NCBI GenBank assembly: GCA_036172245.1 | Contig: JAYWIR010000005.1 | Span: 2,170,001-2,234,000, forward strand | Direction of reading: 5' to 3' | Length of the DNA: 64,000 nt | Source: Raillietiella orientalis | Taxonomy: Eukaryota | Part shown: piece after piece, positions 36,526-48,900 of the stretch | Numbering within the stretch: position 1 is the first letter of the stretch | How the letters are laid out: every line of letters starts with the position of its first letter | Notes under the pieces: generated by a model | What the model was told of the DNA's origin: nothing | What the model saw: only the letters and a program-made list of their open reading frames with translations | The model's database searches: none | Program-made: the position numbers and the translations under genes

Positions 36526-38569
36526 ACTTAGGTCATGCGCACCCTCGGGTGGCGTCGGCGGTGTTGAAAGAGCTTTGTGAGTCCCCCATATGGCGGCATC
36601 ATCGAGTCTCTCCGATGCTCCCACTTCCCTAAAAAAGTGAGTAGGTCTTCAGGATTCATGAAAACCCCAGAACAGGAAACCTGGAAGAAAAAAAAAGGGA
36701 GACTGGGGGGAGAAGCAGCGACGAGAGAAGAACCCGAAAGGATTTCCATCACTTGTTTGCAGCCCGTGCTGTCGTCTCCTTCACCAGGCCTTCCTAGAAA
36801 TGGACCAAAAACACCTTGACAGCGGTTCCCTCTCAGCAACACTCTCATCGGCTGCTCCATCTGGATTAGTGAACAGACGCAGGGCGGAGGCATTGCCGTG
36901 TGAACAGCGCTGGGACGTTTGAGGAAACTCCGAAAAAGCTTTCGAGATGCCGGAAGGTGCGGGAAAGAGGAGGGGGAGAAGAGAGTGGTCCCGACACTGC
37001 GCATCTCGATCAGCGCTGCCGCCTCGGGGAACCCACAGGAAGGAACCCCCACCCGTTCCCCGAACAGGAAGTGTCCCGACTGAGAACGGAAACCGAGATT
37101 TTTGCCGAGCTGCAGTCCTTCCTCGGATTCCCGTTGGGGAACCATCGGGGGACGGAAGAACCCGAGTGTAAGAGCTGGCGAGCGGTGGGAACTCCTCGCC
37201 CCCATCCCCGCCGATGCGGCCCGAGGAAAGGTCCAGAGGCGCTCGCAGGCGGACGGAACCTCTCCCGAGGGAACCGGAAGGGATGGGTCCTCGGATCGTG
37301 CGGCAGCAGCACTGCCATTGGCTGCGGCGAAACGCGATGGTCGGAGGGCAGGCGGCCCGAGGCACGGCGTCTCGTCGGCAGCCCTCAGACGTCCTCCTCC
37401 TCCTCCTCCCTTCCCGTGAGTCTGCCGCCACTCTCGCCGCCCGTCTCACCGCGAAGGGGGTGGAAGTAGCACCTTCGACCCCTCCGTCCCAGGCTGCTCC
37501 TCTTAGCTGCTCCCTTCCTTCCTGGAAGAGCGGAAGAAAAAGAAGAAAGGGAAGAGTGGAGGAAGAAGTTGCCGAGGGCATCCCGAGATGACTTGGCACC
37601 GCTGTTCAAACATCACCATCGAGAGGAGGGATCAGAAGGACCGTGACCTGAGCTTCTCCCGCCGGAGGTGGCTGGTCGCCGGGAGCACCCGTTGCCGGGC
37701 AGGCGGCGGAACGCTTCCCAAGGACGAAGAAATCAGCACTCCTCAGCTGCTCCCACAGCCGAGGGCGATGGTGATCTTTGGGTCCAGGGGTGCCTTTGGT
37801 CCATACACATCGCCGCAGGGGAACGGGGGATGAGGATGGGAGGAAGGTGAGTGAGTGGCCACGTTCATCCAAAGAGCACCACGAGCCCGCACGGTCTTCA
37901 CGGAGGCTGCAGAGGATAGCGTTCCTCCGTGCAGCAGCAGGGGACGCCCCGAGAGGGTGACCAAGCGTCCGGTCGCGGCGGGAGGCATCGACCTCCTGAT
38001 GCAGAGAGGGGAGCAGTCGAGCCTTCGGGTGCCCCGGCAGAACTCCGGGGAGATCGGCAAGTCGGGGGGGTGGCAAAGGTCAGGAGCTCTTCTCCGCATC
38101 AACCTTGGGGAGTGACGACCTCGGCGCCGACGGCGGGAGGGGAAACGCGTGGGTGGGTGCGAAGACCCTCGTTCGCTGCTCTGCGATGGGGTGGCTTCCC
38201 TCCTTTGGAGGTGGTCTCCCGGGAAAGCGAGCGGTCGGGGGGGGTCTTCCGCTCAACCCTGCTCGCTGCCGGCGAGCGGGGAGAGAGGACGACTTGGCGG
38301 GTCGCGTTCGGTTTGATCTCCGGCAACCACCTTGAGACTGCCTGCGGAGGAGGGGTGGGGGTGGCATCCCGAGGAGGCAGTCGGAGAACCAGGACATCTG
38401 TCTGAGGAGGGTCCCAACGCTTCGGACAAAGTCGCTCTATGGGGGGCAGAGGCTCTTTCCCAGGGTCCTCGTGAGGACCGAAGCTGGCAGCCTCCTGAGG
38501 GAGGGGGAGGGGCAGACGACCGAGACGAGGAGAAGAGGGTGAGTCTTCCCTTCCTTCCTCTCCAGGCGG

Positions 38570-39850
38570 AGCGTCGTCTAGTCGGGGCAAGTCGAGGTGA
38601 ACCGGGCTAGGACACTCGCTGCCCACACGCATTGCCGCAGGGGCGATTCCTGACGCGAGGTCGTCGGGGGGCTCCGCCGTCGAAGCCCCGACATCCTTTG
38701 AGGGAGGGAGGGAGGAAGGGAGGCTGACAGCGGGCCCGCGGGAGAGGCGGAGGACGCACGAGGGCTTCCGGCGGAGCGAAGCTCCGTTCTTCGGGCCATT
38801 GCGTCACCCTCCCGCTCGGAGAGCCGCCCCCAGACCGGGCGGCGCGCCCGCGCGTTGCGCAACACTCTGCCGCCTCCGCCTCCGTCCTTGGCCCGGCAGG
38901 GCGCCTCTGTTTGGGCGGCGGCGGCACCTCCGACGTCTCTGCAGCCGCCGCGATGGGAGGGGTGCTCGCGCGCGTGGAGCGGAAGCGTTTCGGGACGGTC
39001 GCGTCCGCCGCCGCGCGTGGAGGAGGTCACGTCCCCTCGGGGGGAAGGAGAGGAGGAGGGTGTCCGCGCATCGAGAGACGGGCGACCGTGGACCCGCGCT
39101 GCCGGAAGCGCCGAAAGGGTCCGACCTCTGGGAATCCCCTCGGCGTACCTTCTCCTTTCTCTGAACCACTGAAAAGCGCAGAAAGGGGGAGAGGACTCGA
39201 GTCCTTGAAATTTCCCGAGACGGAAAATGCAGAAACCGCCGGCAGCTGCGCCAGGGGCGTCGACGGACGTGCCAAGAAGCACGTGCGCCGCCGTTCGCGC
39301 GTGCCGCTCATGGATCTGTGACCTCTGGCGGCGCGCCCTCCGAGAGGCCTCCAGTCCACCCCCTTCCTTCTCTGTCCCCCCCCCCTTTCCCTCGGTCCTC
39401 TCTGGTGCGCGTGGTTCAGGGAGGGGACCGCACAGGTCCTCCCGGGTTGGAGGTTCCCCTCCGGGCAAGGACGGAGGACGAGGACAGCGGAGGAGTCCCC
39501 GTCTCCGGGACGTCTCTCCCGCGTCTCCCCCTCCCTCTGATGCGCGATGCAGCGCAAGTAGGTTGCCGGTGATGTCACCCCGCCGCTCATGGCGAAAGTG
39601 GCCGCCAGGAGGCGCTCGCGCGAGCAAGCTTTCGCGACCTGCCGGTGGTCTCCCGACCTGGCAGCTTGCCTTGACGACGGTCTCCAGAAACGAAAACGAA
39701 AGTTCCGGAGTTGGACGCGTCTGCCCGCCTGGGCCCGGTCCAGTACTTCGTATATACGCTGGCCCGCAGCCCTTCCGAGGCCAATCGGTTCATGACTGAC
39801 CCACAGAGCGTCTTGCCGTTCCCCAGTCCTCCCCCCGAGTAGTGCTCTTA
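38570..39850 (+). promoter_or_regulatory. GC/CpG-rich putative promoter region of the GMC gene
   Basis: Dense CGCG/GGCGG content just upstream of coding exon 1; TATATA at 39751-39756 and Inr-like TCGGTT at 39785-39790. Confidence 0.3.
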
Positions 39851-39994
39851 TGCTCTCCCTACTAGCCCTCCTCTTCCTTTGGTTCACCTACACGGTGAAC
39901 CACTATAGCGACCTGCTTAGGAACCTCGACAACCCGGTGGGATTCAACAATCTGGAAGTGCCTTCTCTGGAGGAACACTACGACTACATCGTCG
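39850..39994 (+). CDS. GMC oxidoreductase coding exon 1 (signal peptide/anchor to YDYIV)
   Basis: [48 protein letters not shown]; donor G|GTGAGT at 39995. Confidence 0.85.
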
Positions 39995-42900
39995 GTGAGT
40001 CTACTGACCTGCGGAGATCGGGCCCCCGGAAGGGGGAAGAGGGGAAGGAAAGCGAGCAGTCTTTCGAGACGGCCTTCCGGAAGGGGGTCGTTCGAAAGCC
40101 GGTCTTCCGCTGAGAGCACCTCTGCCCCTACGCGATGGGCAAGTCAGCGATGTGCGGTGTTCTGAGCTCTCAGGCACAGAAAAGGACTCGAGAGAGATTA
40201 ACTCCCTTTTCCCTTAGTCGGTTGCAAGTTCAGGATTCTTGTTCCCAGTACTGCCACGGCTTCCAGGAAACATGTGTTCCTTCCTTAAAGGAAATCTTCC
40301 TGGGAGTTGACAGGCGTGAAAAGAAAAAAAAGAAAGAAAGAAAGAAAGAAAAAACGCGCAGCAAGCGGAAAAGTGGACTCGAAGAGAGAAGAGAAAGAAT
40401 TAGCTGATTTAAGTGATCGATACGAGTGTGGCACCGTCTCGAACATCGGTCAGCTCTCTCCTGCTTACCGGGAGCAGGTCCTGTGTGCATTAGAGAATGA
40501 CTATGCAATTCAAGATCACATTTGAAGTGTGAGAAAAAAAAACGAAAAAAACTTTATCTGTCTGTGGCTCCCAGGCCCACATTGTTTTCGTCGTGGTGTG
40601 TTCTCAGCAACGGTCAGAAAAATCCTGGCAGCCGAATACCTGTGGCCTTTGATTCCGTTACCAGGGGCGCGCTCGGAACATTGGCGGAAGCGCTCTTGGA
40701 AACGGTTGGAGCATTGTTGGATGCGCGTCACTGTTAGAGACGCGTTAGGAACATTGTTGGTAGCACACTTGACACGTCACCGGTCAGGAGCACGCTCCTC
40801 ACGCAGAAAGTCAACCTTGCTTTCATTTGCCTCGGGATATCCTAGGCACAAGGCCCCGAATGCGGAAAGCATTGTGAAGACGTGTTTCACACAAGGATAG
40901 GTTTAGGAGTTATTAGGTTGTGAAACGAGCTAGTGCCTTAATTGCGAACTTCGTAAACTTTTTCCGAGATGAGCACTTTCACGCAAGAATCTGTTGCGTA
41001 TCAAGAAGAATGCGAATTTCATATTATCACTTGCTGAGATCTTTGAAGGTCAGTTTACAACCAAAAATAGTTACAGTTTCACGGGACTCTTCCGCCCTTC
41101 CGCTTTAGTTATTTGTAGCTTGTGCAAAATTGAAAAGGGAGAATGTAAGAGAGGAGCGAGAACGAATGAGATGGGCAGTAAATGATTCTTGTTGCGAGAA
41201 AACTAACCAAAGAAATGCTCCCCCCCCCAAAAAAAAGAAGAAGAAGCAAGAAAGACAGGAAGAAAGAAAACGACTGAGCAAATTTGCTCCGCGTGCATTC
41301 TGAGTGATGACTTTTCAGCTTGCCATCCTCTTGGGTGCGATCGTGACCGATCCATCCTTTGGCGCACGTTCTGGCGGCTAGCACCAGCAGCACGCGTGGT
41401 CGAGCTTCGTCAAAGGGACAGCCTATGAAACGCAATTTCAGACAGCTCGGGATGAAGATGGATGCGGGACTCTGCAGCCGATGCTGCCGCGTTGAAGCCC
41501 CTGAACTCGCAGACATGTGGCGTTTCTCGGTGGAAAGGCTCACTTTCACTTTTCCCTCTTTGAAGATCTCCTTATTGGATGAGATAAATACCCATGGACT
41601 TTGAAGAGGTGAGCGAAGAGGAAAGGAAGGGAAGAAAAAAACACGCAGGTGCCTGGAGAAAAGAAAACAAGGAGAACCACTCGTTTGCAAAGAGCCTCGC
41701 TGCGCTCCGGGGGCACGCGCCTACTCCTGGACGGAGAAGCATGGGGTTAACTTCCGGTGCCCCATGGCAGCAAGCTGGTGCTGCTGCTGCTGACTCCACC
41801 TGCCTCATTCGGCTCGCGAAGCTCTGGATGGGAAACTTTTTTCCTTCCCTGGTTTCCCGAAGGGAGTGGAGGTGGACGGAGCTCTGGGACCCACCCAGGG
41901 CGGAACTTCAGCCCTCCTTGCTTAGGGAAGGCTCTCGACTTTCGTTCAGAGTTCTTCGCCATCAGTGAATCTCCCATTCCCTTTCAGTAGGGGGAGGCAC
42001 GACGGGTTCCGTGGTTGCGAGCCGCCTCAGCGAGGACCCCCACGTGTCGGTCCTGCTGATCGAAGCCGGAACCGACGGCACGCTGCTGTTTGACCTTCCG
42101 GTGGGTATGATCAGCACTCTTGGATCGTCTGAAGACTGGAAGTTCAAGTCCGTCCCGGAGAACACGAGCTGCCTGGGGATGTACGACAACGTAAGTGTCC
42201 CGGAGAGGAATCCCTCCCTGCCGGGATGGCCACCGGCAGGGTGACACGGACGAGTGGGGGAGGAGAAGGCACGAGGAGGTAGGGGCAGTTGCCCTCCCCC
42301 CCCCCAACCCCTTGCGCTGCACCGTTTGCGCCCTACCATCCCTTCCTTCCTTCCTCAGACAAGGCTCTGCCGCTGTCGAGGCAAGGAAGGAAACGTCTTC
42401 TCTTAGAAGACATTTCCTTCCTCTCCTCGAGCATATTCTCCGGAATATCTTCCCTTCCCGCTCTTGCGGCTTTGAGGTCGCCGAAGCAGAAAGGTCAGAC
42501 TCCATGACTACGGTAGCAGCCGACAATATTTCCGCTGGCTGCTTCTCCAGAAAAGATGGGGTCTTTCACGCGTACCCCGAAGTGCCCTTCTGGTGCAGAG
42601 AACTCAAGCCACCCCTTCTGACAAAAGGGGCGCCGCTGTGGTGGCGGTCTCATAGCACAGGAGGCTCTTGGGCAGATTCCGGGGAGAAGAAAAGAAACGG
42701 AACCCGCGGAGGCTCAGACAAGAGACTCCTCGGCCCTCTGCCCCTTCTCCGCCCCGCCGCAGCCGTTGCCGCCGCCTCCGGAGGTCACGATCACGGAGAC
42801 GGCGTCCGCCTCCGCGGCTGCCGCTCCGCAGATGAGCGACCTTGGAGAGCGCCGGCCCTGCTCTGAGTCTACCGCTGGCGTCGTCACCAGCGTCATCTCC

Positions 42901-45900
42901 CTTGGAGACGTCGTCGTCTTCGCCCCAAGGTCGTCTGGACCCGCGTCCGCGTGACACGCATAAGAGAGCACGCCCAGCCGGTAAAGGCCGCGAGCCCCCA
43001 CGGCTAGCTGTCTTTACCGAATGTGGGCTGCAGATCTCAGAGCGTCGGAGGAAGGGAAGAGGAAAGCACATCCTCTTCGCACTGGGGAGCAGGGGAGACC
43101 CCTTCTCTTGCTTCCTCATGATCGCTCAGCAGGTGGAAGACTGGTCTCCTGACAGGGATGAAAACTTCGGAATCGCTTCCGGGTGCGCGAACGTCGTGGG
43201 TTTCCCAAGGAGGGCGTCAGGGAGAAAAGCAGGGCGGAGAACCGCGTTAATCGCTGAAGGGGAGGAGGAGGAGGAGCTGCGGAGGGGAGAGAAAAGCGCG
43301 GTCCAGGTAGGCGGACGCTCTCTATCGGCATAGGTAGGCTGCGAGCAAGGAGAAAGGGGAGAATGGGTTGGCTGCGCTCTCGGGATGCGAGAACGATCTC
43401 CTTCCTCCTCCACCTCCTCTTTTTCTTAAAGTCTCTCTTCTGTAACTGCAAAGGTCTGCAAAGATGGATTTCTGAGAATCCGGGATCCCCCCTCATAGCC
43501 GACACCTCGGATGCATCTTGGCCTTGTTGCGCTGGAGTCCTGCTAAAGGTTCCCAGTTCCAGGCTCAAAATGAGGTGTTTGTGCCTGCCCCATGCTGGGG
43601 GCTCTCGCCTACCTGCTCATTCCCTCGTTTTAAGAGGATCCTCGCCTCTCGTCCTCCTTTCGAAGAGGACTGCCTCTCCATCCTTCCCATTTCCTCCTCT
43701 TCCTCCTCTTCCTCCTCGGGAGGAGGAGGAGGAGGAGAGAGAGGTTTCTGTTTCCCGTGCTCAACTTAGACCCCCCTTCCTTATTGTGATTCTTGGGAGA
43801 CGATCCTTTGCTTACGCCTGCCAGCGTCCGACGACCCTCTGAGACTCCAGGAGGATCTCCAACGTCGGCGGCACCGCGGAACGCGTAACGCTTCCCTCCG
43901 GTCGGATGCTGCACGCAAGAGCACCTCGCTCGCATCCTCCGTCCCCTGCCGCGCCCTATTCCAGATGAGGATTCCACCTGCGAGCATTCCTTGCTCTCGC
44001 ACGCCCCGCGAGCGCCCCTCCAGTAGGCAGCACAGGCACCTCCTGGAAACGAGCGGGTAGGGATGCAGACTTCACCTCCACCCGTAGGGCGCTCTGCTCT
44101 CCTCCCTTCCTCACCTGCCCCTGCCAGCCATCTCGCAATTTCCCAGCAGCGCCCTCAGGACCGTCCTCTTGCGCCTCTGGAAGGCTGTGGGTCCTCCATC
44201 CCCGCGTGGAGGGAGGATGCGAGGCTGAGGACGGTCTCCATGGAGCCTTCGTTTCCTTCGACACCACTCGGCCCAAGGAGCGTCTGATCCTCTTCTCCTT
44301 CAGGAGTGCATGCACAACCGAGGGAAGGTCCTGGGCGGGAGCAGCACCCTGAACGCCCTCATTTTCGTGAGGGGAAGCCCCAAGGACTACGACAACTGGG
44401 AAGCCATGGGCAACCCAGGATGGAGCTACAAAGACGTCCTCCCCTACTTCAAGAAGCTGGAGAACGTCCTCATCCCAGAGTTCCAGGGCGACCGTGAGTC
44501 CTTGTATCTTCTCCTGGAGGCCGCACCTTCTTTACCCACCTCGGGTCCAAGACGCTTCCCTTGGGCTCTGCAGCGCGGCGCTGTCATGGGAGGGAGCAGC
44601 GCACATACCGACTCCATTCCTGCCCCCACGAGGCAAGCAACAGAGGCAGGCCTCAGAGAGCGGTCCGATTGCCTGGACCGCGCCGACCGACTCCGTTCCG
44701 TTCCTCCACCGCGTCCTTCTCCCATTCCCCTGGACCACAACTCCTTCCGTGGTCCTTATCCTGCGGAACGAAACCTCGTCACTGCTCGGGATCGAAAGGG
44801 CGCTCCCCGAGGAGTGACCCTTCGAAACGAGGGCGTTCACAGCACCCTCGTGGAACCGGGCGCTCGAAAGGCAGCGTCTGTCCACCGCGAAGCGGCTTCC
44901 TGCCACGCGGAAGGCGCGTCCACGAGGCACCACGACTTCCCCTCCCCTCTTTCTTCCCCTTTCTCTTGTCCAGCGGCTCACGGGGTCGCGTCCTACCGTT
45001 CCGCTAACATCGCCGGAAATCACTGGAGAGATCAGCTCCATTGGAACCCTCAGACAGTGACCAAGCGGACTCCAGCCGCGAGGACGAAGAGCACCAAGGG
45101 TCTTGCGACACGCCTTGACCACGAAGAAGCACCTTTCACATCCTTCTCTAAAGAGCCAAGCTTCCATGGAGACTGCTGGAACATACTCGCATCCTCCTAG
45201 CAGCACTCTGTGCGGAAAGGCCGCGATGCATCTGCTGCCACCTGAGGAAGGAGGAATACGAAGGCGCCAGCATACAGACGGGATGAGCTCTGGAGAGCCG
45301 GATGGCCTCCGCCGTTGGCCAGGGCTCTCTCCTCGTCTCTTCAGCGCCTTCTCCACATCCACTTCCTGCATTTCCACTTCGTTCGCCTCCACTTCCTTCA
45401 CATCCACTTTCTTCACTTCCACCTTGTCTTTTCACTTTCTCCACATAAACTTTTCCTACTCCTGCTTCCTTCCTCCACTTCATCCCTTCACTCCCTACAT
45501 ATCCACTTTGACCTTCTACTTTCCCCACTCCCACTTCCTCCACATCCACACTTCCTGCACCTCCGCTTTCTTCAATCCCACTTCCTCCCTTGGCCTCGCT
45601 CCCCTTTTTGCTCCTCCTCGGGTGGCTTTCCCCATACAAACGGGCACTTTAACGCGATTCGGCTTTCCTCTGCGTGACGTCCTCATGTATGGCGAACCTG
45701 AAACCTCTCTGCATGCTCCTTTGGCGCGTCTGCCTTTTTTCTCTTTTCCTGATGAGGGGGCAGCTCTACGACCTCACTCGTGCCCTCCCTGTCATTCAAG
45801 GTCGCTACAGAGGGAAAGGCGGCCCGCTCAGCGTCTCCTTCCCGAACTACAGGAGCAAGGATCTCGTGGAAGCCTGGCTCGCCGCAGGACAGGAGCTCGG

Positions 45901-48900
45901 CTACCCCGTCGTGGACTACAACTCCAGGACTCCATACGGTAGGGTTGCGCGCGCTCAGCTCCCGGTCCCCGCCGGCCTCCTCGTCCTTTCCGCCACGCCC
46001 CCAACGGCGCTGCTTCCGAAGAAGAGGCTTGATGGATGGGCAAGGGCGAAGGGAAAAAAGGGAGGAGAAGGGTGGGATGATGGTACCCCCGGGAGCCGTG
46101 ATGACTTGCGCTCGTTAGCTCCCCGTCCCGCTAGAGGTGCGACGGGATCTGCCTCGCAGCGACTTTGCCCCGGGAATTCCCTAGTGCGCGCTGTCCCTCG
46201 TGCCCTGGCTGTTCGCCCACCCCTTTCATCCCTGCTTTCCTTCCCTCCTCCCGCGTGTACTGCTGCTGCAGGGATCCCCTCCTCTCTTTCCACGGGTCTT
46301 CCGCAATTAATGAGACTCTCTTAGGTTTTGGAGCGACCCAGGTCACGTACCGATTCGGAAGGAGGATGAACGCGGCGAAGGCCTACCTCAAACCGGCCAG
46401 GTTCCGCCCCAACCTGAAAGTGGTCCTTAGCTCAGTGGTCTCCAAGGTGAAAGGCGCATCTCTGTCCCTCCTTAGCTTCTTGCGTTGCTCTTTCACCCCC
46501 TCTTTTTTTTTTATGTAGGGAAGGGAAGTAGGGAGACAGGCGCTGAATCCTTTCATCTCGAATCACGAGAGCATCCTTCGATCCATCGTAAATCCCCATT
46601 CATCTCGAAGATTGCAGGGATGCGCATCTGCGTAGGCGGAGGACCGCAGCCGACACCGATGCCGACTCTTCTTTCCTTCCTCCTCCTCCTCAGCCTAACC
46701 AGACTCATCCTCGTCGGTTCCGGCCCAATCTTTCGAGAATTTCGCGTTCAAGGGAAGGACTGCTACGTTGCACAGGCGTGGGAGGGAGGACGGCGAACCC
46801 CGCTCTCGCATTTGCGCTGGGGGCTCGAGGCGAACTCAGTCTCTAGAGCCTCCTTGATCCGTTTCCAGGATACCTCCTCTTTTTCACGACTTCCCAAGCT
46901 CACGCTCACCCTGGATACCCCAGTGAACAGCCCGATGGCTTCCTCCTCGCTTTGCCGTTCTTCCGGTTTTCCGTTGCGACGCAATGACCTCTCCGGATGA
47001 CCCTGGGGCTCACTCGAGCACCTCTTCTTCCTCTTCCGGTGTCCTCTAGCCTCGAAGGGCGCAGCCACGAAAAGTTTGCGCGCCGAGGGAAGGACCTACG
47101 GCAGCCTTCCTCTTCCGGTCTGCTGGGTACGCGAAGCGTTCCCTCTGCAGTCCTCACCGCGGAAGGAAATCTAGAGAGGAGAACCACCATTGCTGCGCTC
47201 GCAGCCAACCTTTGGAGAATGGGAGAAAGAAGAAACCATCAGGCGGAAGCAGAAGTACTGGAAACACTAAGATCTTCAGAGAAAGGTCAGCGGCGGGAAC
47301 TTCCCTCCCTCCACCGCACGCTCCCTCGCCGAGCCTGCAGCCATCGGAATGGGGAAGCGGGAGGAAGTAAAAAGCCGGCGAAGAGCAGTGAGGTCGAAGG
47401 CGAATCCTTACCTCGGGGTGGAAGCGTCCTCTCTGCGGACTCTAGGCTGAGAGAAAAAGCGGACGCTGCCTAGAGCAATGGTAGGCGGGCGTTCTGCCAA
47501 GAGGCCTCCTCGGGCACGGAGGTACCGGAAGGAGCCTAGAGACGAGGTGGCAGCCCCAGCAAAAGCGTTCACTGGGAGAGAGTGCTGCGTTTCCGAGCCG
47601 CAACACGCGCCAAACTCGCCAAAAGACGGGAGCGCAGGCATCTCCGCCTCATCCATCTCTTGACCAATGAGGGGAGGAAGACGCAGGGAAACCACGTGGA
47701 TATGCAGGGATCGCCGTCTTGTCCGCGATCGATGAGGACCAGCACCGCGTTTTCGCAACCACGCTCGACGGCAGCTTTCCAGTTCCGCGTTTCGTGGTTG
47801 CAATGTACCGCCGCTGCCGACCGCTCCTTTCACCCCGACTCGACGACTGTATCCCTCCTTTCTTTCCTCCTTCTACTTCCTTCCATACTTTTCTTTCTCT
47901 CCCCTTCCTCCTGATCATTATCCCTTTCTTTCCTTCCATCGTCCCCTTCATCACATCCACCATCCTTCCCTTTCATCTCTCCTCTGAAAGCTTAATCCAC
48001 GTGTAACCCCCTGAGGGATGCGCAGGAGACGAAATGCTTTCCCGAATGCCTTCAGGGAGAATCCCGGAAGCATCCTCTCCTTCGAGCGATCCTCCGCTCT
48101 TGTAGGAACACCTCGGAGCTGCACATTCCAGTCTCAGTGACTCCATAAAGGAGGAGGGTGGAGGTCTCCACTCCTCCTTTCCGGAGTTTTCCCTCTGCGC
48201 CGATGCCTCAAGATGGATGAGGGAGCGGTGAGGGTTCGTCAAAGTGCTCCTCCCTCCGACGATGCGGCCTGCTGGTCACCCACCGGGAAGGTCCGGGAGC
48301 AGCGAGCGGAGAAGCAGTGAGCCGTGGGGTCATGCTATCTGTCTCGGAGGGCAGGACCCTCCAGCTCTCCGGAAGGATGTCAGCTCTCTGCTGAGCCGGG
48401 CTCGTGGCGGCTTCCCACTCCAACAGTCCCCCTCGAGCCAGCAGGCGGAGACCGGGAGCTTTCCCGAAGAGCATCCCGCTGGGTGGAAGGGCAAGGAGAG
48501 ACCTCCTACGAGGCGCTGCATGGCTCTTTTTTCTACTCCTCATCGCTCCTAAGGGGACGAAAAGACAAGCCATGCACCGTGACCGAGGTCGACGAATCCT
48601 GGGAGGTGCGACCGGAAGGAATGTGATCCATGGACCCAGAATGGACCGACAGCTCCGTGAGATCGCTGAGCGCAGCTTCCACGGCAGGAGACGGCGGCTG
48701 CTCCCAGAACCGTCGCCTCAGAGCAGGTCGGTCGGAACGAAAGATGAGGTCACGAGAGCATGGTCGCTTGCCCTCCTCGTTCTACTCGCAGGTGACCGTC
48801 GCATCGGAGGATGGTCGCATCCCCAACCATGGCTCACGTTGTCCATGGTGTCCGGGGTGCGTCCACCTTCCGTCAGGCGACTCCACAGAGCCTTTGGTCA

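Noticed and set aside
38578..39887. Long overlapping ORFs (349 aa, 286 aa) on the - strand
   Set aside because: Arg/Gly/Pro/Ala-rich products expected from very GC-rich DNA, with no recognisable domain.
44494..45200. Continuation of the 296-aa ORF 44310-45200
   Set aside because: GMC homology stops at the GTGAGT donor (44494); the rest is intron read-through.
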